Source: an uncultured Actinomycetes bacterium
Lineage (GTDB): Bacteria > Actinomycetota > Actinomycetes > Mycobacteriales > SCTD01
Assembly (NCBI GenBank): GCA_963784675.1
Contig: CAWASE010000019.1
Span: 1,408-65,407, forward strand
Length of the DNA stretch: 64,000 bases
Reading direction: 5' to 3'
Shown here piece by piece: positions 11,264-24,282 of this stretch. Both the position numbers and the translations under genes were made by a program. The notes under the pieces are model-generated. The model had not been told where the DNA came from. It worked only from the letters and a program-made list of their open reading frames with translations, and did no database searches. Within the stretch, counting starts at the first letter, position 1. Every line of letters starts with the position of its first letter.

Positions 11264-12144
11264 GCACCCCGTTGCGGGCGCTGCTGCGGGCCGCCACCGG
11301 GCGGCTCACCGAGGCCGGCGTCGACAGCCCCGAGCACGACGCGCGCGCCCTCGCCGTGCACGTGCTGGGCCTGGCCCGGCCCTCAGACCTGCTGCTGGCC
11401 GACGACCCCACCGAGGTCCAGGCCGCCGCCTTCGAGGAGCTGCTCGCGCGCCGGGCAGACCGGGTGCCGCTGCAGCACCTGACCGGCACGGTCGGCTTCC
11501 GCTACCTCGAGCTCGAGGTCGGCCCCGGCGTCTTCGTCCCGCGTCCGGAGACCGAGTCGGTGGTGCAGTGGGCGGTCGACGCCGTGCACGCGCACGGCTG
11601 GACGGCGCCGTTGGCCGTCGACCTGTGCACCGGCTCCGGGACGATCGCCTTCGCGCTCGCCAACGAGCTGCCGGGCGCCACGGTGCACGCCGTGGAGCGC
11701 GACGAGGCGGCCCTGGCCTGGACGCAGCGCAACGCCCAGAACCGGGTGAAGGCAGGTGATCCCGCCGTCCAGCTGCACCTGGGCAGCGCCGAGGACGCCC
11801 TGCCGGGCCTGGACGGCACGTTGGACCTGGTGATCAGCAATCCTCCCTACGTGGCCACGACCGAGGCGCACATCCCCGATCCCGAGGTGCTCGACCACGA
11901 CCCGGGCATCGCCCTGTGGGCCGGCGAGGACGGACTGGACGTCATCCGGCTGGTGGAGCAGGCCGCCCGGCGGCTGCTGAAGCCCGGTGGTCTGCTCGTC
12001 GTCGAGCACTCCGACCGGCAGGGCTCGACCGCGCCCGCGCTGCTGCTGGCCGCCGGCGGCTGGGACGAGGTCCAGGACCACCGCGACTATGCCGGACGCG
12101 ACCGTTTCGTCACCGCACGCTGGACGGGAGAGAACGCCGGATGA
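11260..12144 (+). CDS. prmC: release-factor glutamine N5-methyltransferase
   Basis: GTG 11260 overlaps the prfA stop. SAM-binding VDLCTGSG and catalytic NPPY (ISNPPYV). 294 aa. Confidence 0.9.
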   Translation: MSTPLRALLRAATGRLTEAGVDSPEHDARALAVHVLGLARPSDLLLADDPTEVQAAAFEELLARRADRVPLQHLTGTVGFRYLELEVGPGVFVPRPETESVVQWAVDAVHAHGWTAPLAVDLCTGSGTIAFALANELPGATVHAVERDEAALAWTQRNAQNRVKAGDPAVQLHLGSAEDALPGLDGTLDLVISNPPYVATTEAHIPDPEVLDHDPGIALWAGEDGLDVIRLVEQAARRLLKPGGLLVVEHSDRQGSTAPALLLAAGGWDEVQDHRDYAGRDRFVTARWTGENAG

Positions 12145-12779
12145 CCACCCATGACGTCCGTGCGGACGCCACCCGCGGTGTGGCGGACGCCGTCACGGCG
12201 CTGCGCCGCGGCGAGCTGGCCGTGCTGCCCACCGACACCGTCTACGGGCTGGCGGCCGACGCCTTCAGCCCGCCGGCCGTCACCCGCCTGCTGGCGGCCA
12301 AGGGCCGGGGCCGCGACCTGCCCGTGCCGGTGCTGGTCGGGTCCTGGCGAGGCATCGACGGTCTCGCCGAGCTCGTCACGCCCACCGTGCGCACGCTCGT
12401 CGAGGCGCACTGGCCCGGACCGTTGACGCTGATCGTGCGGGCGGCGCCGTCGCTGGCCTGGGACCTCGGCCAGACCCGCGGCACCGTCGCGGTGCGGATG
12501 CCGCTGCACCCCGTCGCCCTGGCCGTGCTGGAGCAGACCGGCCCGCTGGCCGTCAGCAGCGCCAACCGCACCGGGCAGCCGCCGGCCTCGACGGCGGCGG
12601 AGGCGCTGGAGCAGCTCGGCACGGCCGTCGCGGTCTATCTGGAAGCGGGCAGCACCGGCGAGCCGGTCGCGTCCACGATTCTGGACCTGACGGGCGAGAA
12701 CCCGGTCGTCCGGCGGCAGGGTGCGCTGGCGACCGACGACCTGCGGGCGCTGCTGCCCGACCTGGAGGTGGCGTCGTGA
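12141..12779 (+). CDS. tsaC: L-threonylcarbamoyladenylate synthase (YrdC/Sua5 family)
   Basis: ATG 12141 overlaps the prmC stop (ATGA). LPTDTVYGLAADAF and SSANRTGQPP motifs. 212 aa. Confidence 0.85.
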   Translation: MTTHDVRADATRGVADAVTALRRGELAVLPTDTVYGLAADAFSPPAVTRLLAAKGRGRDLPVPVLVGSWRGIDGLAELVTPTVRTLVEAHWPGPLTLIVRAAPSLAWDLGQTRGTVAVRMPLHPVALAVLEQTGPLAVSSANRTGQPPASTAAEALEQLGTAVAVYLEAGSTGEPVASTILDLTGENPVVRRQGALATDDLRALLPDLEVAS

Positions 12780-13393
12780 GCGCCGACGGCAGCGTGTTCC
12801 GGGTGCTGCACGTGTGCACCGGCAACATCTGCCGCTCGCCGATGGCCGAGCGGCTGATGTCGGCCGGGCTGGCTGAGCGGCTCGGCGGGCGGGTCGACCG
12901 CTTCGTCGTGGAGTCCGCAGGCACCTGGGGGCACAGCGGCTCGCCGATGGAGCCCTACGCGCAGAGCACCCTGGCGGGCTACGGCGTCGACGGCGCCGAC
13001 TTCCGCGCCCGCGAGCTGGTGGCCGAGCACGTCGCCGGCGCCGACCTCGTCCTGGCGGCCACCCGCGAGCACCGGGCGGCGTCGGTCGTGCTGCACCCGA
13101 GGGCCGCCGGGCGCACCTTCACCCTGCGCGAGTTCGCCCGCCTCGCCGCCACCGTCGACGCAGGAGAGCTGCCGTCGGACCCGGTCGAACGGGCTCGCGC
13201 GGCCGTGCAGGCCGTGGCCGCGCGACGCGGCACCGTCCCGCCCGAGCACCCGCGCGACGACGACCTCGCCGACCCGTACCACGCCCCGGAGTCGGCGTTC
13301 GCCCGGTGCGCGGAGCTGGTCGCCGCCACCCTGGAGATCCCGTTGGACCTGCTGGCAGGGGCGCGTCCGAGCAGCCCGGCGCCGGTAGGCTGA
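12776..13393 (+). CDS. low-molecular-weight protein-tyrosine/arsenate-reductase-type phosphatase
   Basis: GTG 12776 overlaps the upstream stop. C(X)5R P-loop VCTGNICRSPMAE and a downstream DP loop (LADPY). 205 aa. Confidence 0.85.
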   Translation: MSADGSVFRVLHVCTGNICRSPMAERLMSAGLAERLGGRVDRFVVESAGTWGHSGSPMEPYAQSTLAGYGVDGADFRARELVAEHVAGADLVLAATREHRAASVVLHPRAAGRTFTLREFARLAATVDAGELPSDPVERARAAVQAVAARRGTVPPEHPRDDDLADPYHAPESAFARCAELVAATLEIPLDLLAGARPSSPAPVG

Positions 13394-13440
13394 GCCCAGG
13401 CCTGACGCCCGCCGCCCGCACCCTGCACTGGAGCCGCCGC

Positions 13441-14730
13441 ATGACGTTCTGGGGACCCGACTTCGACAGCCTGGCCGAGACCGACCCGGAGATCGCGGCG
13501 GTGGTCGGCGACGAGCTGACCCGGCTGCGCAGCGGGCTGCAGCTCATCGCCAGCGAGAACTTCACCAGCCCGGCGGTGCTCGCGGCCCTCGGCTCGACGC
13601 TGTCGAACAAGTACGCCGAGGGCTACCCCGGCAAGCGCTACTACGGCGGCTGCGAGGTCGTCGACGTCGCCGAGCAGCTCGGCATCGACCGCGCCAAGGA
13701 GCTGTTCGGCGCCGACCACGCCAACCTGCAGCCGCACAGCGGTGCCAGCGCGAACCTGGCCGTCTACGGCGCCTTCCTGCAGCCGGGCGACACCGTGCTG
13801 GCGATGTCGCTACCGCACGGCGGGCACCTCACCCACGGCACGAAGGTCAGCTTCTCGGGCAAGTGGTTCAACGCCGTGCACTACGGCGTGGCGCAGGGCA
13901 CGGAGGACATCGACTACGACCAGATGCGTGCGCTGGCCCGCGAGCACAAGCCCAAGATGATCATCGCGGGGGGTTCGGCCATCCCGCGCCTGATCGACTT
14001 CGCCGCGTTCCGCGAGGTCGCCGACGAGGTCGGCGCGATCTTCATGGTCGACGCCGCCCACTTCATCGGGCTGGTGGCCGGCAAGGCCATCCCGAGCCCG
14101 GTTCCCTACGCCGACGTCGTCACGTTCACGACGCACAAGGTGCTGCGCGGCCCGCGCGGCGGGATGCTCGTGTGCACGGCCGAGCACGCGGCCAAGCTCG
14201 ACAAGGCCGTCTTCCCGATGATGCAGGGCGGCCCGCTGATGCACGCCGTCGCCGGCAAGGCCGTCGCGCTCAAGGAGGCCTCGACCCCCGCCTATCAGGC
14301 GTACGCGCGTCAGGTCATCGCCAACAGCAAGGCCCTCACCGAAGCCCTGGCGGGTGAGGGCATGCGCCCGGTCACCGGCGGTACGGACACCCACCTGGCG
14401 CTGCTGGACCTGCAGGGCATCGACGTCACGGGCGCCGACGCCGAGCTGCGCTGCGACCGCGCCGGCATCGTGCTGAACAAGAACGCCATCCCCTACGACC
14501 CGAAGCCCGCCTCGGTGGCCAGCGGGGTGCGCGTCGGCACGCCCAGCGTGACGACGCAGGGCATGGGCGAGGGCGAGATGAAGGAGATCGGCTCGCTCAT
14601 CGGCCGGGCCGTGCGCGACGCCGACGGAAGCGACGCCGCCGACATCCGGGCGCAGGTCACGAGTCTGGTGGACGCGCACCCGGCCTACCCGCGCGCGTCG
14701 CACGGCACGGACGAGCGACAGCCCGGCTAG
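13441..14730 (+). CDS. glyA: serine hydroxymethyltransferase
   Basis: ATG 13441. LIASENFTSPAV and PLP-lysine TTHKVLRGPRGG. 429 aa. Confidence 0.95.
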   Translation: MTFWGPDFDSLAETDPEIAAVVGDELTRLRSGLQLIASENFTSPAVLAALGSTLSNKYAEGYPGKRYYGGCEVVDVAEQLGIDRAKELFGADHANLQPHSGASANLAVYGAFLQPGDTVLAMSLPHGGHLTHGTKVSFSGKWFNAVHYGVAQGTEDIDYDQMRALAREHKPKMIIAGGSAIPRLIDFAAFREVADEVGAIFMVDAAHFIGLVAGKAIPSPVPYADVVTFTTHKVLRGPRGGMLVCTAEHAAKLDKAVFPMMQGGPLMHAVAGKAVALKEASTPAYQAYARQVIANSKALTEALAGEGMRPVTGGTDTHLALLDLQGIDVTGADAELRCDRAGIVLNKNAIPYDPKPASVASGVRVGTPSVTTQGMGEGEMKEIGSLIGRAVRDADGSDAADIRAQVTSLVDAHPAYPRASHGTDERQPG

Positions 14731-14733
14731 CCT
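14728..14733 (+). promoter_or_regulatory. candidate -10 box TAGCCT for a leaderless wecA transcript
   Basis: A TANNNT hexamer that overlaps the glyA stop codon and ends exactly 6 nt before GTG 14740. No Shine-Dalgarno sequence lies in between. Confidence 0.4.
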
Positions 14734-14739
14734 CCGACC

Positions 14740-15849
14740 GTGCGGGAGTACCTGCTCGTCCTGTGCGTCGCCGCCGCGGTCACCTACCTGCTGACCCCGC
14801 TGGCGCGTCGCTTCGCCATCGCGTGCGGGGCGATGGCCGAGCCGCGCGACCGTGACGTGCACGCGGTCGCGACCCCCCGCCTGGGCGGGCTGGCGATGTA
14901 CGCCGGCGTCTGTGCGGCCTTCCTGGTCGCCCGGCACCTGCCGGCGCTGTCGCGGGTGTTCACCTACTCCGACGTCCAGGCCGTCGTGGTGGCCGGTGGT
15001 CTGCTCACGCTGCTGGGCGCGATCGACGACCGCTACAACATCGACGCCCTCACCAAGCTGGCCGGGCAGATCGTCTCTGCCGGCGTCATGGTGCTGCTGG
15101 GGCTGCAGGTGCTGACGCTGACGCTGCCCGGCGTCGGCACGGTCTCGCTGGGTCCGGAGAGCGTCGTGCTCACGATCGGCCTCACGCTGCTGACCGTCAA
15201 CGCGCTGAACTTCGTCGACGGGCTCGACGGGCTGGCCGCCGGCGTCGGGGCCATCGCCGCCCTCGCCTTCTTCGCCTTCAGCTACTCGCTGTCCAGCGGC
15301 GTGATCACCGAGGGCGTGGCGCAGGAGCGGATCAGCTCACCGACCCTGATCGCCGTCGTGCTGGCGGGGGCGTGCCTGGGCTTCCTGCCGCACAACTTCA
15401 ACCCGGCGCAGGTCTTCATGGGCGACGCCGGATCGATGCTCATCGGGCTGATGCTCGCGGCGTCCGTCGTCAGCCTGACCGGTCAGTTCAACTACGCGAC
15501 GCTGCCCGCCTCGGCATCGTTCCCCGTCCTGACGGTGCTGCTGCTGCCGCTGGCCGTGCTGGCCGTGCCGCTGGTCGACCTGCTGCTGGCCGTCGTCCGC
15601 CGGACCCGGGCGGGGCGCTCGCCGTTCGCCGCCGACAAGGCGCACCTGCACCACCGGCTGCTGGAGATCGGTCACAGCCACACCAGGGCCGTGCTGATCA
15701 TGTATTTCTGGACGGCGCTGCTGGGCTTCGGGGCCGTCGCGGCGTCCATCACCGGTGGCGTGCTGCCGGTGCTGGCCGTCGTCGGCCTGGTGGCGATCGC
15801 CGTCCTGGTCGGCGCTCGCGTGCCCCGGCTGCGCGGGGCCCGACGATGA
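14740..15849 (+). CDS. wecA: undecaprenyl-phosphate GlcNAc-1-phosphate transferase (glycosyltransferase family 4, WecA/Rfe-like)
   Basis: Polytopic. [18 protein letters not shown] and FMGDAGS motifs of the MraY/WecA family. 369 aa. Same position as rfe upstream of atp in mycobacteria. Confidence 0.85.
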   Translation: MREYLLVLCVAAAVTYLLTPLARRFAIACGAMAEPRDRDVHAVATPRLGGLAMYAGVCAAFLVARHLPALSRVFTYSDVQAVVVAGGLLTLLGAIDDRYNIDALTKLAGQIVSAGVMVLLGLQVLTLTLPGVGTVSLGPESVVLTIGLTLLTVNALNFVDGLDGLAAGVGAIAALAFFAFSYSLSSGVITEGVAQERISSPTLIAVVLAGACLGFLPHNFNPAQVFMGDAGSMLIGLMLAASVVSLTGQFNYATLPASASFPVLTVLLLPLAVLAVPLVDLLLAVVRRTRAGRSPFAADKAHLHHRLLEIGHSHTRAVLIMYFWTALLGFGAVAASITGGVLPVLAVVGLVAIAVLVGARVPRLRGARR

Positions 15850-16313
15850 CTCCGCCGCCGCCGGCGGTGACCAGGCAGCCCTTCCTCAAGCGCGTCGACG
15901 GCCGGCTGGGGGCGCCCCTGGCCGTCGCCGCCGGGGGAGCGGTGTCCGCTGTCGCCGCCGTCGCCACCGGGAACGTCGACGGCATCCTGGCTGCGCTGGC
16001 GGCCACCGTCGTGGTCGTCGCGTTCTTCTGGACGGGAGCGATCCCCGTGCTGCTGGTCGGCGGCGACACGTCCCGCGCGGGCCTGGGGTTCCTGGTGCTG
16101 ATGACGACCTATGTGCTGCGCCTGGTGACGGCCTTCGCGGTGGTCGCCGTCGCGGCGGCCACCACAGTCGTCGACCGCCGCTGGATGGCGGTCACGATCA
16201 TCGCGCTGACGCTGGTCTGGACGAGTGCGCAGGTGGCGCTGCTGGGACGTTCTCGGGTCCTGCTGGAACCGGTGGACAGCCGGCTGGACGGGCCCCCCGC
16301 GCCAGGGGTGTGA
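15846..16313 (+). CDS. integral membrane protein upstream of atpB (AtpI-like by position)
   Basis: ATG 15846 overlaps the wecA stop (ATGA). 155 aa, about 4 Ala/Val-rich TM helices, high GC3. Assignment rests on context only. Confidence 0.55.
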   Translation: MTPPPPAVTRQPFLKRVDGRLGAPLAVAAGGAVSAVAAVATGNVDGILAALAATVVVVAFFWTGAIPVLLVGGDTSRAGLGFLVLMTTYVLRLVTAFAVVAVAAATTVVDRRWMAVTIIALTLVWTSAQVALLGRSRVLLEPVDSRLDGPPAPGV

Positions 16314-16339
16314 GCACACCCTGTAAGGTCTGCCGTGCC

Positions 16340-16597
16340 ATGCCGCCGCCTCCTGACGACGACTCGCCCACCGGTACGTCCGGGGGCTCGGACGACGACA
16401 GGTGGCTGGCGCGCAAGGGTGAGTCGGACGCCTTCGGGGCGCTCGGGCTGGTCCTCTCCGGCGTCCTCGTGTGGGGCGGCGTGGGTTATCTGGTCAGTGA
16501 GCGCCTCGACAACCGGGTCTTCGTGATGATCGGCCTGCTGGTCGGCATGTTCGCGGGCCTGTACCTGGTCTGGTTTCGCTACGGTAGGGCCGTGTGA
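16340..16597 (+). CDS. small AtpZ/AtpI-type membrane protein
   Basis: ATG 16340. 85 aa. Acidic N-terminus, then two TM helices (FGALGLVLSGVLVWGGVGYLV and VFVMIGLLVGMFAGLYLVWF). Lies directly upstream of atpB. Confidence 0.55.
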   Translation: MPPPPDDDSPTGTSGGSDDDRWLARKGESDAFGALGLVLSGVLVWGGVGYLVSERLDNRVFVMIGLLVGMFAGLYLVWFRYGRAV

Positions 16598-16691
16598 GCA
16601 CGGCTCGGCAGGACTGCCGCACGTACCGCCTCGCGCCCGTCAGGCACATCTGTGATCGACACCATCAGCGTGGACTCAACGAGAGGACGTC

Positions 16692-17480
16692 GTGAACCCC
16701 TGGTTCGCCGCCGAGGGCGAGGGCTTCGTCAGCCCGGGCCCGGCCGACTTCGTGTACCCACCGATCTTCGGTGAGGGCACCTTCTTCACCAAGCCCATGC
16801 TCATCACCGTGCTGGCGACCGTGGTGGTCGGTGCTTTCTTCTACGCCGCCACCCGTCGCGCCGCGATGGTGCCCGGCAAGACCCAGTACCTCGGCGAGTC
16901 GGCCTACGGCTTCGTGCGCAACAGCATCGCGATGGACGCCATCGGCAAGCAGGGGCTGAAGTACGTCCCCTACCTGGCCACCACGTTCTTCTTCCTGGCG
17001 GCGCTGAACATCAGCGGGATCATCCCGGTGCTGCAGTTCCCGGCCACCTCGCGGATCGCCCTGCCGCTGTTCCTCGCCGTGATCAGCTGCGTGATCTTCA
17101 ACGCCATCGGCATCAAGCGGAACGGGTTCTTCGGCTACTTCAAGGCGATGATGTTCCCGCCCGGCATCCCCTGGCCGGTGTACATCCTGCTGGCGCCGAT
17201 CGAGTTCGTCTCGACGATCATCATCCGGCCGCTGACGCTCACCCTGCGTCTGACGTTCAACATGTTCGCCGGCCACCTGGTGCTGCTGCTGTTCATCCTG
17301 GGCGGCGAGTACCTGGTCTTCGAGTACTCCGGGTTCGTCGGCATCGCCGCCGGCTCGGTCTCCCTGTTCGGCAGCATCGTCCTCACGTTCTTCGAGGGCT
17401 TCGTGCAGCTGCTGCAGGCCTACGTCTTCACCTTGCTGTCCGCGCTGTACATCGGCGGCGCGCTGGTGGACGAGCACTGA
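16692..17480 (+). CDS. atpB: F0F1 ATP synthase subunit a
   Basis: 262 aa polytopic protein with the conserved Arg context LTLRLTFNMFAGH. GAGAGGA upstream. Confidence 0.95.
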   Translation: MNPWFAAEGEGFVSPGPADFVYPPIFGEGTFFTKPMLITVLATVVVGAFFYAATRRAAMVPGKTQYLGESAYGFVRNSIAMDAIGKQGLKYVPYLATTFFFLAALNISGIIPVLQFPATSRIALPLFLAVISCVIFNAIGIKRNGFFGYFKAMMFPPGIPWPVYILLAPIEFVSTIIIRPLTLTLRLTFNMFAGHLVLLLFILGGEYLVFEYSGFVGIAAGSVSLFGSIVLTFFEGFVQLLQAYVFTLLSALYIGGALVDEH

Positions 17481-17573
17481 CGGCACCATCGCACTGACGG
17501 CACCGCTGCCTGACGCACCAGACCCCGACGCCCCGGAACCCCGGGTCGCGTCAACCACGTGAGAGGAACGGAA

Positions 17574-17798
17574 ATGCTCGAAGGCAACATCGGCGACCTC
17601 GGCAGCCTGAACATGATCGGCTACGGCCTGGCGGCCATCGGCCCCGGCATCGGCATCGGTCTGATCTTCGCCGCGTACATCAGCGGCGTCGCCCGTCAGC
17701 CCGAGGCGCGTGGCGTGCTGCAGAGCATCGCCATCCTCGGCTTCGCCCTCGCTGAGGCCCTTGCCATCATCGGCATCGGTCTCGCCTTCGCGCTCTAG
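17574..17798 (+). CDS. atpE: F0F1 ATP synthase subunit c
   Basis: ATG 17574 with GAGAGGAA upstream. Hairpin protein [12 protein letters not shown] ... ARQPE ... [11 protein letters not shown] carrying the proton-binding Glu. 74 aa. Confidence 0.95.
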   Translation: MLEGNIGDLGSLNMIGYGLAAIGPGIGIGLIFAAYISGVARQPEARGVLQSIAILGFALAEALAIIGIGLAFAL

Positions 17799-17800
17799 CC

Positions 17801-18361
17801 ATGGTGTCCAACCTGGTTCTGCTGGCCGCCGAGGGCGAGGTCAGTCCCCTCGTCCCGCACACCTCCGAGCTCATCGTCGGACTGGTGGCCTTCACCCTGC
17901 TGTTCCTGTTCCTGCGCGCCAAGGTGTTCCCGGTCTTCGAGAAGACCTTCACCGAGCGGGCCGCCGCCATCGACGGTGGTCTGAAGAAGGCCGAGCAGGC
18001 GCAGGCCGAGGCGGCCGACGCGCTGGCGCAGTACAACGCCCAGCTCGCCGAGGCCCGTGCCGAGGCCGGCCGCATCCGTACCGAGGCGCAGGCCCAGCGT
18101 GCGGACATCGTCGAGGAGGCGCGGGCCGAGGCCCTCGTCGAGTCGACGCGGATCAAGGAGTCGGCGCAGGCGCAGATCGCCAGCGAACGACAGCAGGCGA
18201 TGACCGAGCTGCGTCGCGACGTCGGCTCGCTCGCCGTCGACCTGGCCGGCCGCATCGTCGGGGAGTCGCTCGAGGACGAGGCGCGCCAGCGTCGCACCGT
18301 CGAGCGCTTCCTCGACAGCCTGGAGGCCTCGGCTCCGACCGCTTCCGGGACGGCTTCCTGA
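17801..18361 (+). CDS. atpF: F0F1 ATP synthase subunit b
   Basis: 186 aa. One N-terminal TM helix, then a long Ala/Glu/Arg-rich coiled-coil region. Gene order. Confidence 0.9.
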   Translation: MVSNLVLLAAEGEVSPLVPHTSELIVGLVAFTLLFLFLRAKVFPVFEKTFTERAAAIDGGLKKAEQAQAEAADALAQYNAQLAEARAEAGRIRTEAQAQRADIVEEARAEALVESTRIKESAQAQIASERQQAMTELRRDVGSLAVDLAGRIVGESLEDEARQRRTVERFLDSLEASAPTASGTAS

Positions 18362-19182
18362 TGCAGGGAGTCAGTCGGGCGTCGCTGCGCGAGGCGCTGG
18401 AGGCGTTCGCGTCGGGAGTGGGCTCGCTGCCCGACGGTGCCGGCTCGGGCGAGGTCAGCGACGGGCTCTACGCCGTCGCCGCCCTGCTCGACCGTGAACC
18501 GTCGCTGCGCCGCGCCCTGACCGACCCTGCTTCCACGCCCGACAGCCGTCGCGCGCTGGCCGACAACCTGCTCGGCCGTCAGCTCGCACCGCTGCCGCTG
18601 CAGGCCTTCCAGGACCTCGTCGGTCGGCGCTGGAACACCGCCGCCGACCTGCGTGCCGGCGTCGAGGCGCTCGCCGCGAACGCCGCGATGCGTGCGGCCG
18701 AGGGCGACGGCAGCCTGGACGACGTCGAGGACGAGCTCTTCCGGTTCGGTCGGCTGCTCGAGCGCGAGCCGCAGCTGCGGGCGGCACTGACCGATCCCGG
18801 TCTGCCGGCCGAGCGCAAGAGCAGCCTGCTCGCCGACCTGCTCGGCAGCAAGGCCCGTCCCACCACGGTGCGTCTGCTGGACCTCGCCGTGACGCGACCC
18901 CGTGCAGGGTCGCTGGAGCAGGCGATCGACCAGCTCACCGAGCTCGCGGCGCGGCGTCGGCAGCGCTACGTCGCCCGGGTGCGCGTGGCCCTGCCCCTCG
19001 AGCCCGCCCAGGAGCAGCGCCTGGCGTCCTCGCTGGCCCGCATCTACGGCCGCGAGGTCGCTCTGCAGGTCGACGTCGACCCCGCCGTGATCGGCGGCAT
19101 CGAGGTCCGGGTCGGCGACGAGGTGCTCAACGGCACCGTCGCGCGGAGCCTGGAGAACGTCCGCCGCCAGCTGGCGCGCTAA
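18361..19182 (+). CDS. atpH: F0F1 ATP synthase subunit delta
   Basis: ATG 18361 overlaps the atpF stop by 1 nt. OSCP-like C-terminus ([16 protein letters not shown]). 273 aa. Confidence 0.9.
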   Translation: MQGVSRASLREALEAFASGVGSLPDGAGSGEVSDGLYAVAALLDREPSLRRALTDPASTPDSRRALADNLLGRQLAPLPLQAFQDLVGRRWNTAADLRAGVEALAANAAMRAAEGDGSLDDVEDELFRFGRLLEREPQLRAALTDPGLPAERKSSLLADLLGSKARPTTVRLLDLAVTRPRAGSLEQAIDQLTELAARRRQRYVARVRVALPLEPAQEQRLASSLARIYGREVALQVDVDPAVIGGIEVRVGDEVLNGTVARSLENVRRQLAR

Positions 19183-19239
19183 GCACCGTCCGCACCACCC
19201 ACACCGACCGCCCGCACGACACGAGAGCAGGGAATCAGC

Positions 19240-20880
19240 ATGACGGAGCTCAGCATCCGCCCGGAGGACGTCCGGTCCGCGATCGAGCAGTACGTCACCT
19301 CCTACAGCGCCGAGACCAGTCGCGAGGAGGTCGGCATCGTCACCGAGGTCGGCGACGGCATCGCGCGCGTCGAGGGCCTGTACTCCACGATGGCCAACGA
19401 GCTGCTGGAGTTCCAGGGCGGCGCCCTGGGCCTGGCGCTGAACCTGGACGAGCGCGAGGTCGGCTGCGTGATCCTGGGCGACCCGCAGGCGATCGAGGAG
19501 GGCCAGGAGGTCCGCCGCACCAAGGAGGTCCTGTCGGTCCCCGTCGGCGACGGCTTCCTGGGCCGGGTCGTCGACCCGCTGGGCAACCCGCTGGACGGCA
19601 AGGGCGAGATCGTCGCCGAGGGGCGGCGCATCCTGGAGCTGCAGGCTCCCACCGTCGTGCAGCGCCAGCCGGTGAAGGAGCCGCTCCAGACCGGCATCAA
19701 GGCGGTCGACGCCATGACCGCCATCGGCCGCGGTCAGCGCCAGCTGATCATCGGCGACCGGCAGACGGGCAAGACCGCCGTCGCCCTGGACGCGATCATC
19801 AACCAGCGTGAGAACTGGCTGACCGGCGACCCCAAGAAGCAGGTCAAGTGCATCTACGTGGCCATCGGCCAGAAGGGCTCGACCGTCGCCGAGCTGGTCG
19901 GCCGGCTCGAGGAGTCGGGCGCGCTGGAGTACACGACCGTCGTCGCCGCCCCCGCCAGCCAGCCCGCCGGCCTGAAGTACCTGGCGCCCTACACCGGTTC
20001 CAGCATCGGCCAGCACTGGATGTACAAGGGTGAGCACGTCCTGATCGTGTTCGACGACCTGTCCAAGCAGGCTGACGCCTACCGCGCCATCTCGCTGCTG
20101 CTGCGCCGTCCGCCGGGCCGCGAGGCCTACCCGGGCGACGTCTTCTACCTGCACTCCCGGCTGCTGGAGCGTTGCGCGAAGCTCTCCGACGAGCTCGGCG
20201 GCGGCTCGATGACCGGCCTGCCGATCGTGGAGACCAAGGGCAACGACGTCTCGGCGTTCATCCCGACCAACGTCATCTCGATCACCGACGGTCAGATCTT
20301 CCTGGAGACCGACCTGTTCAACTCCGGCGTCCGGCCGGCCATCAACGTCGGCATCTCGGTGTCGCGCGTCGGCGGCTCCGCGCAGGTCAAGGCGATGAAG
20401 TCGGTCTCGGGTCGGCTGCGTCTGGACCTGGCCCAGTACCGCGAGCTCGAGGCGTTCGCCGCCTTCGGTTCCGACCTGGACAAGGCCTCCAAGGCGCAGC
20501 TCGAGCGCGGCGCCGTCCTGGTCGAGCTGCTCAAGCAGCCGCAGTACTCCCCGTTCCCGGTCGAGCGTCAGGTCGTGTCGATCTGGGCCGGCACCAACGG
20601 CCACCTCGACGAGGTGCCGGTGGGCGACATCCGTCGCTTCGAGGCCGAGTTCCTGGACTACCTGACGCGTTCGCAGGGCGCTGTCTTCGACGCCATCCGC
20701 AACACCGGCAAGCTCGACGACGACACGATCGGTCAGCTCGAGGCGGGCGTGACGGAGTTCAAGAAGCAGTTCACGACCGCCGAGGGCAAGAGCCTGAACG
20801 AGGCCCCGGTCGAGGCGATGGACTCCGCCGACGAGGGCCAGGAGAAGATCACCCGCTACACCCCGCCGAAGCCGGCCTGA
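19240..20880 (+). CDS. atpA: F0F1 ATP synthase subunit alpha
   Basis: 546 aa. Walker A GDRQTGKT. Confidence 0.97.
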   Translation: MTELSIRPEDVRSAIEQYVTSYSAETSREEVGIVTEVGDGIARVEGLYSTMANELLEFQGGALGLALNLDEREVGCVILGDPQAIEEGQEVRRTKEVLSVPVGDGFLGRVVDPLGNPLDGKGEIVAEGRRILELQAPTVVQRQPVKEPLQTGIKAVDAMTAIGRGQRQLIIGDRQTGKTAVALDAIINQRENWLTGDPKKQVKCIYVAIGQKGSTVAELVGRLEESGALEYTTVVAAPASQPAGLKYLAPYTGSSIGQHWMYKGEHVLIVFDDLSKQADAYRAISLLLRRPPGREAYPGDVFYLHSRLLERCAKLSDELGGGSMTGLPIVETKGNDVSAFIPTNVISITDGQIFLETDLFNSGVRPAINVGISVSRVGGSAQVKAMKSVSGRLRLDLAQYRELEAFAAFGSDLDKASKAQLERGAVLVELLKQPQYSPFPVERQVVSIWAGTNGHLDEVPVGDIRRFEAEFLDYLTRSQGAVFDAIRNTGKLDDDTIGQLEAGVTEFKKQFTTAEGKSLNEAPVEAMDSADEGQEKITRYTPPKPA

Positions 20881-23304
<2,424 letters not shown>

Positions 23305-23318
23305 GTCTTCAGCATGAT

Positions 23319-23351
23319 CGACGGCCGGTTCCCGTACGGGGCCGGCCGTCG
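23319..23351 (+). promoter_or_regulatory. strong GC hairpin in the atpD-atpC spacer
   Basis: cgacggccgg-tt-cccg-ta-cggg-g-ccggccgtcg. Outer 10-bp and inner 4-bp stems. No U tract follows. Confidence 0.5.
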
Positions 23352-23419
23352 CTGCCACCCGGGACCCCCGGTACCCTGAACGCACGACGGTGACCCCGTC
23401 GCAACCCTGGAGGAAAGTC

Positions 23420-23797
23420 GTGGCGGAGCTGCACGTCGAGCTGGTGTCGGTCGAGCGCGAGATCTGGAGCGGCGAGGCCGTCCAGGTCATCGCCCGCACC
23501 ACTGAGGGCGAGATCGGGGTCCTGCCGGGCCACGCCCCGCTGCTCGGCGAGCTCGCCGACGGCGGCACCGTGCGCATCTTCCAGGACGGCGGTTCGGAGG
23601 TCGTCGCGGCCGTCTCCGGCGGCTTCCTGAGCATCACCGACCGCGGCGTGACCGTGCTGGCCGAGGTGGCTGAGCTGTCGGACAACATCGACGCCTCCCG
23701 CGCCCAGGCGGCACTGGACAAGGCCCGCTCCGGCGACGACCTGTCGGCGCAGCGCCGGGCCGAGGGACGGCTGCGCGCCGTGGGACGGCTGGACTAG
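23420..23797 (+). CDS. atpC: F0F1 ATP synthase subunit epsilon
   Basis: GTG 23420 with GGAGGA 5 nt upstream (an alternative in-frame start exists at 23390). LHVELVSVEREIWSGEA beta-sandwich start. 125 aa. Confidence 0.9.
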   Translation: MAELHVELVSVEREIWSGEAVQVIARTTEGEIGVLPGHAPLLGELADGGTVRIFQDGGSEVVAAVSGGFLSITDRGVTVLAEVAELSDNIDASRAQAALDKARSGDDLSAQRRAEGRLRAVGRLD

Positions 23798-23824
23798 TAC
23801 GCGGCACGCGGGCGGGGGTCCGGC

Positions 23825-24262
23825 GTGGGGGGCCTGGAGATCGCCATCGAGATCGTCGTCGGCGTCCCGGTGGTGCTGGGCCTGGCGCTGCTCGCGGTGG
23901 CGGTCCGCAACCGTGGGTTGCAGCGCTCCGGCGGTGCGATGGAGATCTCGCTGCGCCCGTCCGGCCGTCGGCCAGGTCGCGGCTGGGCGAACGGCGTCGG
24001 CTGCTTCCGCGGTGACGAGCTGCAGTGGTACCGCATGTTCAGCCTCTCGCCCCGGCCGCGGCACTGTCTGTCCCGCCGCGACCTGCAGGTGACGAGCCGC
24101 CGCGAGCCTGCAGACGTCGAGCAGCGGGCGCTGCACGCGGGGGCGGTCGTCCTGTCCTGCTCGGGACGGACCCCGGTCGATCTGGCCATGCAGCGCTCAG
24201 CCGTCACGGGTTTCCTGGCCTGGCTGGAGGCTGCCCCGCCCGGCACGAACATGCCCGCCTGA
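23825..24262 (+). CDS. membrane-anchored protein following atpC (DUF2550/Rv1312-like by position)
   Basis: 145 aa with an N-terminal TM helix (IAIEIVVGVPVVLGLALLAVAV). Same position as the conserved actinobacterial gene after atpC. Family name is from memory and unverified. Confidence 0.55.
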   Translation: MGGLEIAIEIVVGVPVVLGLALLAVAVRNRGLQRSGGAMEISLRPSGRRPGRGWANGVGCFRGDELQWYRMFSLSPRPRHCLSRRDLQVTSRREPADVEQRALHAGAVVLSCSGRTPVDLAMQRSAVTGFLAWLEAAPPGTNMPA

Positions 24263-24282
24263 GCGGGGCGCCTCGCGCCGGG

